From Acidobacteriota bacterium (lineage in GTDB: Bacteria; Acidobacteriota; Terriglobia; Terriglobales; Acidobacteriaceae), in assembly GCA_018268755.1 (NCBI GenBank), contig JAFDVW010000018.1, forward strand, positions 46,791-110,790: 64,000 nt of DNA, in the 5' to 3' direction. The notes beneath the pieces are model-generated. The model was not told the DNA's origin. It searched no databases and was given only the letters and a program-made list of their open reading frames with translations. Below, in pieces: positions 1-7,413 of this stretch. Each line of letters opens with the position of its first letter. Within the stretch, counting starts at the first letter, position 1. Both the position numbers and the translations under genes were made by a program.

Positions 1-722
1 TGGCGCGAGCGGAGGAAACCATTGCCCAAAATACCTGGCGATACTGGGCATACCCCCGCAACCTGCTGCAAGAACCCACCATGCAGGTCATCTCCAGGCT
101 TCCGGAAAAGAGGATAGGAAACTTTTATCCCTTCGTCAGTTCTGGCCGAGCGCCAAGCCCGGGAGACCTTCTGCTCACAAGCCGGCTAGAACCTGACGAT
201 TACAAGGCTATTCTGAATGGAGCGTCAGCCATCATTTTGTTGGAGAAAGATGATAGCGATGCTCAACAGCCTTTCGAGTTTCTCCCCTATTACTACGGTC
301 TGATGGGACCGGGCCCGCACGCATATGGTTCGAAAATTGAGAAACATCCCATTTTCCACAATTTTCTCAATCCGGGCTATTTCGACTTGCCCTGGCACAA
401 TCTGGTGGAAAATTCGTTTGGCTTGGATGCGGCGGAATATGATCCGATCCGATCGCTTCATCCTCTGGTTTGGTGTGTCCTATCCAGCGGATTCACCACC
501 AGAAAGTTGAGGAAGTTGGGGTTCCTATACGAATTTCGTGCCGGGCGCGGCAAGGTGGTCCTGACCACCTTGAACTTTCGCAAGAATCTCGACGACGGGT
601 ATCCTTCCGTAGTTTATCTTTTTGATCAACTACTGCGCTATGTTCTGGGCCAGGAATTTAATCCGCCGGATTCGCTCGGAGAGGCTGACTTCTCTCGCTT
701 TTTCTGCATGCACCGGAGCTAA
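1..722 (+). CDS. hypothetical protein, C-terminal part (gene appears to begin upstream of the window)
   Basis: Frame 3 is open from base 3 to TAA at 720-722. AEETIAQNTWRYWAYPRNLLQEPT precedes the first in-window Met at 81. No catalytic motif recognised. Visibly AT-richer than the core genes to the right. Confidence 0.5.
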   Translation, partial: ARAEETIAQNTWRYWAYPRNLLQEPTMQVISRLPEKRIGNFYPFVSSGRAPSPGDLLLTSRLEPDDYKAILNGASAIILLEKDDSDAQQPFEFLPYYYGLMGPGPHAYGSKIEKHPIFHNFLNPGYFDLPWHNLVENSFGLDAAEYDPIRSLHPLVWCVLSSGFTTRKLRKLGFLYEFRAGRGKVVLTTLNFRKNLDDGYPSVVYLFDQLLRYVLGQEFNPPDSLGEADFSRFFCMHRS

Positions 723-759
723 CAGGATGCCCCCGACTTTTCTCAAACCCTGGGGTCTC

Positions 760-1395
760 CCGTCCAAGGCGGTGGCGCACCCTTCAGTCCGAGTATAGGA
801 CATTCCATCACAAGGGGTGCCCTACCCTTCGCGTTCTTTGCGAAAAATGGGATTTATCCCCGAGCGCACTCTTCGAGTCAATCGAGGCAAGATACTTTAC
901 TTCGAGTGGCGGTCCCATGTTTGCAAATCAAGCAGGCAAACCTAGGGCCCCCCAAGAGGGACGCGATATGGTTCTCGTGGCTCCCGCGGAGGTGTGGGCA
1001 CCTGCCGGCTTCAAGTGCGGGTTGATGGCAACCCCGGAGTTGTGAACTAGTTTCGGGAGGCGCGGTCTCTCCGCTCGCCAAAGCAAATGCGGCGGGTGGC
1101 CCACCTTAAATATGCTCAAACCTCGAGGGTGGCGGGTGGCCCACATCTCTGGCCCGAGGATGAAGTCCATTATCCAGACCCAATCCTCTACAACGGGGGT
1201 GCCCCATTTCTCGCGTTCTTTGCGAGAAGTGGGGCTTACACATGGGCACAATTTTGGAATCCATCGGAGCAAGACTCGTTACTTCGAGCAAGGTCTCACG
1301 TTTGCCAAAAGCAGGCAAACATGGGCCACCCCTAGATGGTGATTGTATGCTCCTCTTGCGAAGCTACCCCGGGGAAGATGTGGGCCACCCGCCTG
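760..1395. repeat. cluster of REP-like palindromic units (family D: GGGTGSCCC-flanked hairpins), arranged as two diverged composite units of about 200 bp in direct orientation
   Basis: Recurring blocks: GGTGCCC..TTCGCGTTCTTTGCGA..GGG at ~816 and ~1198; TTACTTCGAG..GTTTGC.AAA..CAGGCAAAC..GGSCC.CCCC at ~893 and ~1273; GGGTGGCCCAC at ~1094, ~1133 and ~1380 (reverse). Each block carries an internal stem, e.g. GTTTGCC/GGCAAAC. ORFs here translate to VGHP/WATR-type REP peptides on both strands. Confidence 0.7.
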
Positions 1396-1586
1396 AGCGT
1401 GCCCTCGGGTGTTTGTTTCGAGGTCAGATGATCGTGACTGTCATAGCTGTAGGTGCTGGTGCCGGAGGGGTCGCTCATGGTTGCACGCAGGCCGTTGTTG
1501 GTGTAGGTGAAGCTCACGGCCGAGGCGCTAAAGCTGGCATCCGGTGTCTTGGAGAGCAGCCGGTTTGAGCTGTCATAGGCGTATGT
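1332..1586 (-). pseudogene. orphan RHS/YD-repeat core fragment (no start codon, runs into a REP unit)
   Basis: Minus-strand translation from 1586 reads TYAYDSSNRLLSKTPDASFSASAVSFTYTNNGLRATMSDPSGTSTYSYDSHDHLTSKQTPEG. This has the repeated YxYDxxxxL / TYxYD periodicity typical of RHS/YD repeats. It begins directly after the TAA of the upstream ORF, in the same frame, and ends inside the GGGTGGCCCAC repeat. Confidence 0.6.
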
Positions 1587-2012
1587 TTAGGTAGCTCTCT
1601 TGAATGCGTCAGCTATCGTCGCCGTTAGTTTTTCCACGATGTGTGCCTTTGGCAGTACGAACGTGTCATCGTGGGAGCCCACCATGCCCCCGCCTTTGCG
1701 ATGGAGGGCATATACTTTTAAGTCCCCGGACTCCTGCTCGCTCACACTAATGCCAACGTGGTTCTTTAGAAACTCTCTTTGTTGTTTGTCGTTGCGGATA
1801 ATTGCCCTCGCCATATCGAACTTCTCTTTACCGAATTTCTCCAAGTTCCCGATCACGGCACTCGCGATCTTGGAATCGAACTCCTCCGGTTGAATGACCG
1901 TTGCTGCTCCAAACTCAGAGGTTCCAACTGGCCCTCTGGTGAAAGGTTGAACAAAATATGCGCCCGTCCTCAGGTTCTTGTAGACGTTGGTTCGTCTGTT
2001 TATCCGAATCAT
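1587..2012 (-). CDS. hypothetical 141-aa protein; candidate polymorphic-toxin immunity protein (CdiI/DUF1436-like by memory only)
   Basis: ATG at 2012 is preceded by a strong SD (GGGGAGGG) and lies 12 nt after the stop of the upstream ORF tail. AT-richer than the window average. It sits between a truncated ORF tail and a YD-repeat fragment. No enzymatic motif. Confidence 0.6.
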   Translation of the reverse strand: MIRINRRTNVYKNLRTGAYFVQPFTRGPVGTSEFGAATVIQPEEFDSKIASAVIGNLEKFGKEKFDMARAIIRNDKQQREFLKNHVGISVSEQESGDLKVYALHRKGGGMVGSHDDTFVLPKAHIVEKLTATIADAFKRAT

Positions 2013-2024
2013 CTTCGCCCTCCC

Positions 2025-2240
2025 CTATTTCTCCAGCGTTTCTCCTTCAAGACCCTCAACAAACTGCACCGTAATTGTGACGCCCTCCGATTGTGAGATC
2101 TTCTGCACCTGCTGTAAGAAGACACCGAACCATGGCAGCGGTTTGGCCGGAATTCCGACGAGTAAACCTTTTTCCCTTATGTCGGCGACTTCAATCGTGA
2201 GCGGGACACCGGGCGGGTGGCCCACCTTAAATATGCTCAA
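2025..2240 (-). pseudogene. 5'-truncated ORF tail (possible toxin C-terminal remnant); its only start codon lies inside a REP unit
   Basis: About 60 non-REP codons (VPLTIEVADIREKGLLVGIPAKPLPWFGVFLQQVQKISQSEGVTITVQFVEGLEGETLEK) end 12 nt before the 141-aa ORF. The upstream part (MSIFKVGHPPG) is a translation of the GGGTGGCCCACCTTAAATATGCTCAAACC repeat. Confidence 0.3.
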
Positions 2241-2382
2241 ACCTCGAGGGTGCCCCGTCCAAGCTTCTGCTTGGGCGGGAGTTAGATTGCCAGAACTCGT
2301 AAATCAGTTTTCATCCGGATCAGATTTTCAAACCCACCCTAAATTTCGCAAAGAACGCGAAATTTAGAATGGGGCACCCGGC
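2207..2382. repeat. REP-like cluster (family D), second locus
   Basis: GGGTGGCCCACCTTAAATATGCTCAAACCTCGAGGGTG is an identical 38-mer to 1094-1131. Stems CCCGTCCAAGC/GCTTGGGCGGG and CTAAATTTCGC/GCGAAATTTAG follow. The cluster ends with ATGGGGCACCC, an inverted copy of the GGGTGCCCC..TTCGCGTTCTTTGCGA block. Confidence 0.7.
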
Positions 2383-2434
2383 CAGCATTTTGGGAAAGCG
2401 GTCGCGAGTGAAGAACAACCCTGCGTTGTCAGCT

Positions 2435-2824
2435 TCAGAGATTCTTAAATTCAGCTTCCGTCGCAGCTACATGGATATGGCTGTTCCACTCACGTAAAAA
2501 GAAGCTGTAAAAAAATGTGTTGGGTGGCAACTTCTGACGATAAGCTTCTATCGCAGGGAACATTTCCTTTGTGGTCACCTCGCCACTGGTCCAAATTGTA
2601 TCCCCAAACCACGGAGCTTCTCGCAAGTCTGGTGGTTCCACAATAAATAACGATACTCCTCTAACCAGAAGTTTCATTCTGCGAAACACTTCCGGGTCAG
2701 GATCATCAAAATCAACGTCGATCTCGAAGACCGCAGTTCCAGCTGCAAAATCGACACTTACACCCACCAGATAAGAATCGTGAAATCCGTTAGGCAGAGT
2801 ATTTTCCAATTCTTTGATCGTCAT
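2435..2824 (-). CDS. hypothetical 129-aa acidic protein; candidate immunity protein
   Basis: ATG at 2824 is preceded by a GAGGGAAATAGG SD-like stretch. The ORF is AT-rich for this window. The protein is small and acidic with no TM segment or motif (MTIKELENTLPNGFHDSYLVGVSVDF...). It lies 19 nt downstream of another start-less ORF tail (3035-2843). Confidence 0.55.
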   Translation of the reverse strand: MTIKELENTLPNGFHDSYLVGVSVDFAAGTAVFEIDVDFDDPDPEVFRRMKLLVRGVSLFIVEPPDLREAPWFGDTIWTSGEVTTKEMFPAIEAYRQKLPPNTFFYSFFLREWNSHIHVAATEAEFKNL

Positions 2825-3038
2825 ATTTCAAGCCTATTTCCCTCAAGGAAACACAATGATTGGATCTATTATGATGGGAACATCAACTGGGAATTCTATC
2901 GGCTTCGGTGTAAAGCTGTCTGCTCCTGCCCCGCCTGGAAATACGGAACTGGGAGTTAATTCAGTGCTGCTATCTTCACAATATTTGCAAGTAGGAACAA
3001 GCCCATCGGGCACCGGAACGCTTCCCCTAGCCTGAGGG

Positions 3039-4610
3039 TCACAGAGCCCGCCGCCCCTCCAAATAAGTGCTCCGCAGATGATGGCGCTGCACTTTCCCCA
3101 CGGAGGTACGGGGAAACTCTGGGCAGGCATAAAACTCTTCGGGCACTTTAAAGGCGGACAGCTTGTCGCGACACCATTGGCGAAGCCCGTCCAGGCTGGA
3201 AGGCTGGGGGGAACGCAGAATCACAAATGCAATCACCCGCTCATCGCGCACCGGGTCCGGCACACCCACTACGGCCGCGTCCTGCACGTCGGGATGCAGT
3301 TTCAGGGTCTCTTCAATCTCCAGAGGCGAGATGTTTTCCCCCGACCGTTTGATCATCTCCTTGAAGCGTCCCAGAAAGTGAAACTCTCCGTTTTCGTCCT
3401 GCATGGCGCGGTCCCCGCTCCACAGCCAACCGTCGTGGATCAATGCGGCCGTGGCCTCCGGATTTTTGTAGTAGCCGGAAGTTGCCGACCAGCCCGGGTC
3501 CACTCGCACCACGATCTCGCCGGACTCGCCGGGAACGACCTCATTCCCTTTGCCATCGACGATCCTGACCTCGTAGCCGGCCACGGGTAATCCCATGCAC
3601 ATGGGATTGCGTGGGCCGTGCAGGGGCGTCATCAAAGGAAGAGACGCAGTTTCGGTCATGCCCCAAACCTGCAGCAGGGGAATTGCGAACTTTGCTTGCC
3701 ACGCAGCCATCTCTTCCCCAGTAAGGTTCTGCGCGAAGGTAATGCATTGCAGCAAATTCGCCGGAACGGGGGTATGCGCGTGATGGGCAAGCAGCATGCG
3801 CAGAGGGGCCGCGAACAGCGCGGCGCGCGTAGCCTGGTAGTGCGCCGCACGCTCCATGAATTGGCTGGGCCGAAATCTTTCCAGAATCACCATGCTGGCC
3901 CCCACTACCAGGGAGGGCACCATGGCATGACATTGCGCCGCCGCATGATGCAGGGGCAGAGGAATCAGGTGGCGATGGCTTTGATTCAACCCGGTCGCGC
4001 GAGCGAAAACTTCAGCGCCGTGCAGATAGACCGCATGGGTCAACATCACTCCCTTGGGCTTCCCGGTAGTGCCCGAGGTGTAGAGCATGCCGGCAACATC
4101 CAACGGAGACGGTTTGAGAGCGGAAGGCAAACCCGGCTGGGCCAGAACCTCGCTCCCCAGCTCTGCGTCCGGGAACGCTCCCCGGGCCGATGCCGTGACC
4201 ACACGCAAAACTTTCTCGCAACCTTGGGAAGCGCTTCGGGCGGCGCTCTCCGTGGAATCCAACGTAATTACCAGGCGGGCATCGGAGTGGCCAATGATGT
4301 AGTTCAGCTCGGCCACCGTGGCCCGGGGATCGACGGGAACGGAAACCACGCCCGCCATACAGGCGCCCAGCCAAAGCAGGTAGAAGTCCAGGCTATTAGG
4401 CAGGTGCAGAACGACAGAGTCGCCCTTGTGCAAGCCCTGCGAGAGCAACCAATTCGCAGTTTGCTGAGCCCAGGCATGGAGCTGGGACCAGGTCAGGGAC
4501 TGCACCAGACCTGCACTATTTTCCGCCAGGATGGCCAACGCATCGGGCCGTGACGAGGCGTGAAAATCCAGGAAGATCGGGATGGTGCGCTGTCCGGTTA
4601 AGTTCCTCAT
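3039..4610 (-). CDS. AMP-dependent acyl-CoA synthetase/ligase (ANL superfamily)
   Basis: AMP-binding signature YTSGTTGKPKGVMLTH, plus later GWLWSGD and KRSGENISPLEIE motifs. 523 aa. Confidence 0.9.
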   Translation of the reverse strand: MRNLTGQRTIPIFLDFHASSRPDALAILAENSAGLVQSLTWSQLHAWAQQTANWLLSQGLHKGDSVVLHLPNSLDFYLLWLGACMAGVVSVPVDPRATVAELNYIIGHSDARLVITLDSTESAARSASQGCEKVLRVVTASARGAFPDAELGSEVLAQPGLPSALKPSPLDVAGMLYTSGTTGKPKGVMLTHAVYLHGAEVFARATGLNQSHRHLIPLPLHHAAAQCHAMVPSLVVGASMVILERFRPSQFMERAAHYQATRAALFAAPLRMLLAHHAHTPVPANLLQCITFAQNLTGEEMAAWQAKFAIPLLQVWGMTETASLPLMTPLHGPRNPMCMGLPVAGYEVRIVDGKGNEVVPGESGEIVVRVDPGWSATSGYYKNPEATAALIHDGWLWSGDRAMQDENGEFHFLGRFKEMIKRSGENISPLEIEETLKLHPDVQDAAVVGVPDPVRDERVIAFVILRSPQPSSLDGLRQWCRDKLSAFKVPEEFYACPEFPRTSVGKVQRHHLRSTYLEGRRAL

Positions 4611-4625
4611 ACGGGGAGAGACGGT

Positions 4626-5375
4626 TCAATGCTTTCTTGCATCGTTGCGGGCCCCGGCCTGGGCCTCAGAAAATGTCAGGCATTTCCGATAGAGGCGCGC
4701 TTCCCTGGCATCGGAGCGGACCCATTGGGGGCCGCAAGCACCCCAGATTGCCTGCTTAATGGCGGTCAATCCGCCGCGCGGCAGCTGGCGAAGTTTTTCC
4801 GCCAGCAGTTTGCAAGCGTCCAGGACGTCTTCGGCGCGGGGAACCACCTGGGTGATGCAGCCATTGGCCGCGGCTTCCGCGGGAGAGAATTCCGAGCCCA
4901 GCAGCATCCAGCGGCTGGCGACGCCAACCCCCACCAACTGGCACAAACGGTGAATCCCAAAAGTGGGGTTCCATCCCAGCTTTACTTCCGGAAGGCCCAG
5001 ACGCGCATCGGCGGCAACAATCTGAAAATCGTGATGGGTAGCCAGAAACAAGCCTCCGCCCAAGGCATAGCCATGGACGCCGGCAATTGTGGGCTGGGGC
5101 AGGCGGAGAAACTCGCGACACACTTTAGCTTCCAGGCGCTGCGATTTCTCTGCCTGCGATGGGGTGAAGTTGGCCTGCTCGCGCAGGTCCGAGCCCGCGC
5201 AGAAGCCTTTCCCTTCCCCCCTCGTAATCAGGACCTGCACACTCTTCTCGCGCTGCAGACGGCGCTGCAGGCGAGATATCTGCTCCAGCATGGCGGAGTC
5301 CAGCGCATTGGCACTGGCAGACCGCTGCAAATGGAGAATGCCAATGCCGTTATCAATCTCCAGCTCAACCGGCAT
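4626..5375 (-). CDS. enoyl-CoA hydratase/isomerase (crotonase) family protein
   Basis: GKGFCAGSDL oxyanion-hole motif and a GYALGGG segment. 249 aa. Its start overlaps the upstream stop (ATGCCGGTTGA). Confidence 0.9.
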   Translation of the reverse strand: MPVELEIDNGIGILHLQRSASANALDSAMLEQISRLQRRLQREKSVQVLITRGEGKGFCAGSDLREQANFTPSQAEKSQRLEAKVCREFLRLPQPTIAGVHGYALGGGLFLATHHDFQIVAADARLGLPEVKLGWNPTFGIHRLCQLVGVGVASRWMLLGSEFSPAEAAANGCITQVVPRAEDVLDACKLLAEKLRQLPRGGLTAIKQAIWGACGPQWVRSDAREARLYRKCLTFSEAQAGARNDARKH

Positions 5376-5769
5376 GGCCTATGGTGTCCTTTTTGGCGGC
5401 GATGCGCGGGGCAAACTTCGCCAGGTTCACAGAACTCCTTTTGTGAAATCCCTCGCCAATCTTATCGCTCTCATCGAAGGCCTCCACTTCGAAGGAGTAC
5501 ACCCGCCCTTCCACTTGCGTGAGTTTTGAAACCACACGCACCTTCATGCCGACGGGGGTGGCCGCCAGGTGCTTGATATCGACGGTCATCCCGACGGTAT
5601 CTTCGCCCGGTTTCAAAAGCGGGCCGGCGTTGGCGCGCGAAGTCAGCTCCATCCACATGATCATGGAGGGCGTGGACAGGACCGGAGGCACGTCCGGTCC
5701 CATGAAATGGACGGCTTCCGCATCGGTGACGACGTAATGCTGCTCCAATACTTTCACTTCTTCAGACAT
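5365..5769 (-). CDS. hotdog-fold thioesterase family protein (FlK/COG5496-like)
   Basis: 134 aa. The pattern LSTPSMIMWMELTSR ... VEGRVYSFEVEAFDESDKIGEGFHKR is typical of small hotdog thioesterases. Its ATG directly follows the TGA of the upstream gene (TGAATG). Confidence 0.7.
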   Translation of the reverse strand: MSEEVKVLEQHYVVTDAEAVHFMGPDVPPVLSTPSMIMWMELTSRANAGPLLKPGEDTVGMTVDIKHLAATPVGMKVRVVSKLTQVEGRVYSFEVEAFDESDKIGEGFHKRSSVNLAKFAPRIAAKKDTIGHAG

Positions 5770-7095
5770 TCATTCTCCTTTGGTGGGGCCGAGGGGTGGG
5801 GCAAGACAGGCCCCTTGTCGAATCAGTTGTTCTCTCAGCTGATTTACTTCGAGAAACGCCGGCGCAATGCCCTGCTGCACCGCCAAAGCCGCGGCCGCAC
5901 CGGCCGCTTCGCCGGTGACAAAACAGGCGGGAATTTCTTTGGTGGCATGGTGGACCGCATGGTTCACAGAAATGCATCGACCTGCCGCCAGCAAATTGTC
6001 GAACTCCGAAACCAGCAGGCAAGAATAAGGAATCTCATAAAACTCGCGATACTTGGTCCAATTGCCGGTACAGCCGATGGCGTCCGGGAAATGCGTATTG
6101 GCATCGTCGGTGGTCAGCACCCGGCGGCCAATCAGACGGCGGCTCTCGGTAATATCCAACTGCGGCGCAATCTGCGAGATGAACGCCTTCTCGAGTCCTG
6201 GATGGGTCTTGCAGTGCTCCCGCATGACCTCATGAATTTTTTCGCGGCAGGCAATCTCCGCCCAGGTAAGCTCCTCCACGTCCGTGGGATCGATGTTCTT
6301 GGTGAGGGCCAAGGCCCCGCCCCAGGGCACAACCAGGGCCTCGCGATGGCGAACCGTACGAAAAATACGCAGCGGCCCGGAAGTCGTAATGGCCTCGTCC
6401 TCGACGTTTCCCATGCGGAACCACAGCCAGGGCACGACTCGCTGCAGTTCGTGAGCAGCGCCCGCCAGCGAGAAGACATCGCCATCGCCGGTGGTGTCGA
6501 TCACCACGTCGGCCATGATGGCAGCCCGGCGGGAACGGCCCTGCACCACCACTCCCTTCAGGCTGCGACCTTCCACAATGCTATCCACGGCCTGGGTATG
6601 AAAGAGGATCCGGATCTTCGAGCTCACCACCAGCTCATTGGCCAAAACGATCAACTCTTCCGGGTCAAATGCGACGGAGTAGCGGACGTGATGGGGCCCC
6701 TTGCCCCAACACAATCCCTTCCGCGCCCAACGCTCGACAAGCTCCGGCTCCTCGCGGAACCTTTCCTCCAGCGGTGGGGCGGATGCCCCGCCCCGCGCCG
6801 TCAGGCGCTCCACCACTTCCCGGCAAAGTCCACCGATTACCGTGTTGCCATTGCCATCATCCATGGTGAGTAAAAGGATGACCAACCCGCCGGTGGCAAG
6901 GCCGCCCAGGTATCCATTGCGCTCCAGCAACGTAACCTCGGCGCCCAGGCGCGCGGCGGACACCGCGGCCGCCAGTCCCGCAGCGCCACCGCCCACCACC
7001 AGTACCTGGGTACGGTGCCACACGGGTACGTTCTGCGCCGGGAGCCGTAAAGTCTGATCATTGGGTCCGACGGGCTGCCCGAGGATCACTGCCAT
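5770..7095 (-). CDS. FAD-dependent oxidoreductase (FAD_oxidored/GIDA-like family)
   Basis: Dinucleotide-binding motif VVGGGAAGLAAAVSAARLGAEVTLLERNGYLGG near the N-terminus. I prefer the ATG at 7095 (MAVILGQ...); the ORF-track start at 7143 is a TTG. Confidence 0.85.
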   Translation of the reverse strand: MAVILGQPVGPNDQTLRLPAQNVPVWHRTQVLVVGGGAAGLAAAVSAARLGAEVTLLERNGYLGGLATGGLVILLLTMDDGNGNTVIGGLCREVVERLTARGGASAPPLEERFREEPELVERWARKGLCWGKGPHHVRYSVAFDPEELIVLANELVVSSKIRILFHTQAVDSIVEGRSLKGVVVQGRSRRAAIMADVVIDTTGDGDVFSLAGAAHELQRVVPWLWFRMGNVEDEAITTSGPLRIFRTVRHREALVVPWGGALALTKNIDPTDVEELTWAEIACREKIHEVMREHCKTHPGLEKAFISQIAPQLDITESRRLIGRRVLTTDDANTHFPDAIGCTGNWTKYREFYEIPYSCLLVSEFDNLLAAGRCISVNHAVHHATKEIPACFVTGEAAGAAAALAVQQGIAPAFLEVNQLREQLIRQGACLAPPLGPTKGE

Positions 7096-7275
7096 GTCTT
7101 TGCCTGTCCCACCTAGTCGCGCGCTTTCTGCTCTCGCCCTCAACCATGGAGTGCGGAGTTGTAAGTACGATTTGCGCGTGGATTTTTAAATTCGCGTATT
7201 TGGCGGCATTGCGAACACGGGAACGCCCCGCCGCGCTAAACACTATACGCGGAAAAGCGGCCAACTTTCAAATAT

Positions 7276-7291
7276 TCGGAATGAATTCCGA
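7276..7291. promoter_or_regulatory. 16-bp palindrome TCGGAATGAATTCCGA in a divergent intergenic region (candidate operator)
   Basis: Perfect 7+7 inverted repeat with a 2-bp spacer, lying between the FAD-oxidoreductase operon (-) and the amidohydrolase gene (+). Confidence 0.25.
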
Positions 7292-7413
7292 TTCTCTAGG
7301 CCTGGGTTATGCGGATACAATGGCCGGACTCCAGAGCCTCCGAGCTTGGCGTGCCGGATGGACCTGGAGGAGGTTTCTTGCAGTCGATAAATTCACCTCA
7401 ATGCGGGGGACCC

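Noticed and set aside
878-1568. Overlapping 60-115-aa ORFs on both strands in the first REP cluster, with similar ones at 8733-8948, 9098-9448, 14947-15156 and 1987-2367
   Set aside because: They are translations of palindromic REP units (VGHPP, WATR, LRSG/QDD, TEDTEFH-type peptides). They overlap one another on both strands, so they are not credible genes.
2843-3130. 95-aa minus-strand ORF treated as an intact gene
   Set aside because: Its 5' third overlaps the 3' end of the acyl-CoA ligase gene in another frame. Only the intergenic part (3035-2843) could be a remnant, and its sequence is not convincingly protein-like. It is mentioned only within the island finding.
5569-6873. 434-aa ORF on the plus strand, and similar long ORFs at 3618-4553, 7483-8853, 9745-10446, 13258-14196, 23507-24637, 26169-27068, 33466-34347, 34492-35526, 36892-38073, 38729-39856, 44400-45317, 45474-46250, 47263-48207, 49626-50597, 50702-52042, 54301-55359, 56218-57129, 59096-60649, 61510-62598
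   Set aside because: Each lies antisense or out of frame to a gene with clear family motifs. Their translations are Arg/Gly/His/Ala/Pro-rich low-complexity strings typical of shadow ORFs in high-GC DNA. None has a recognisable motif or a ribosome-binding site.
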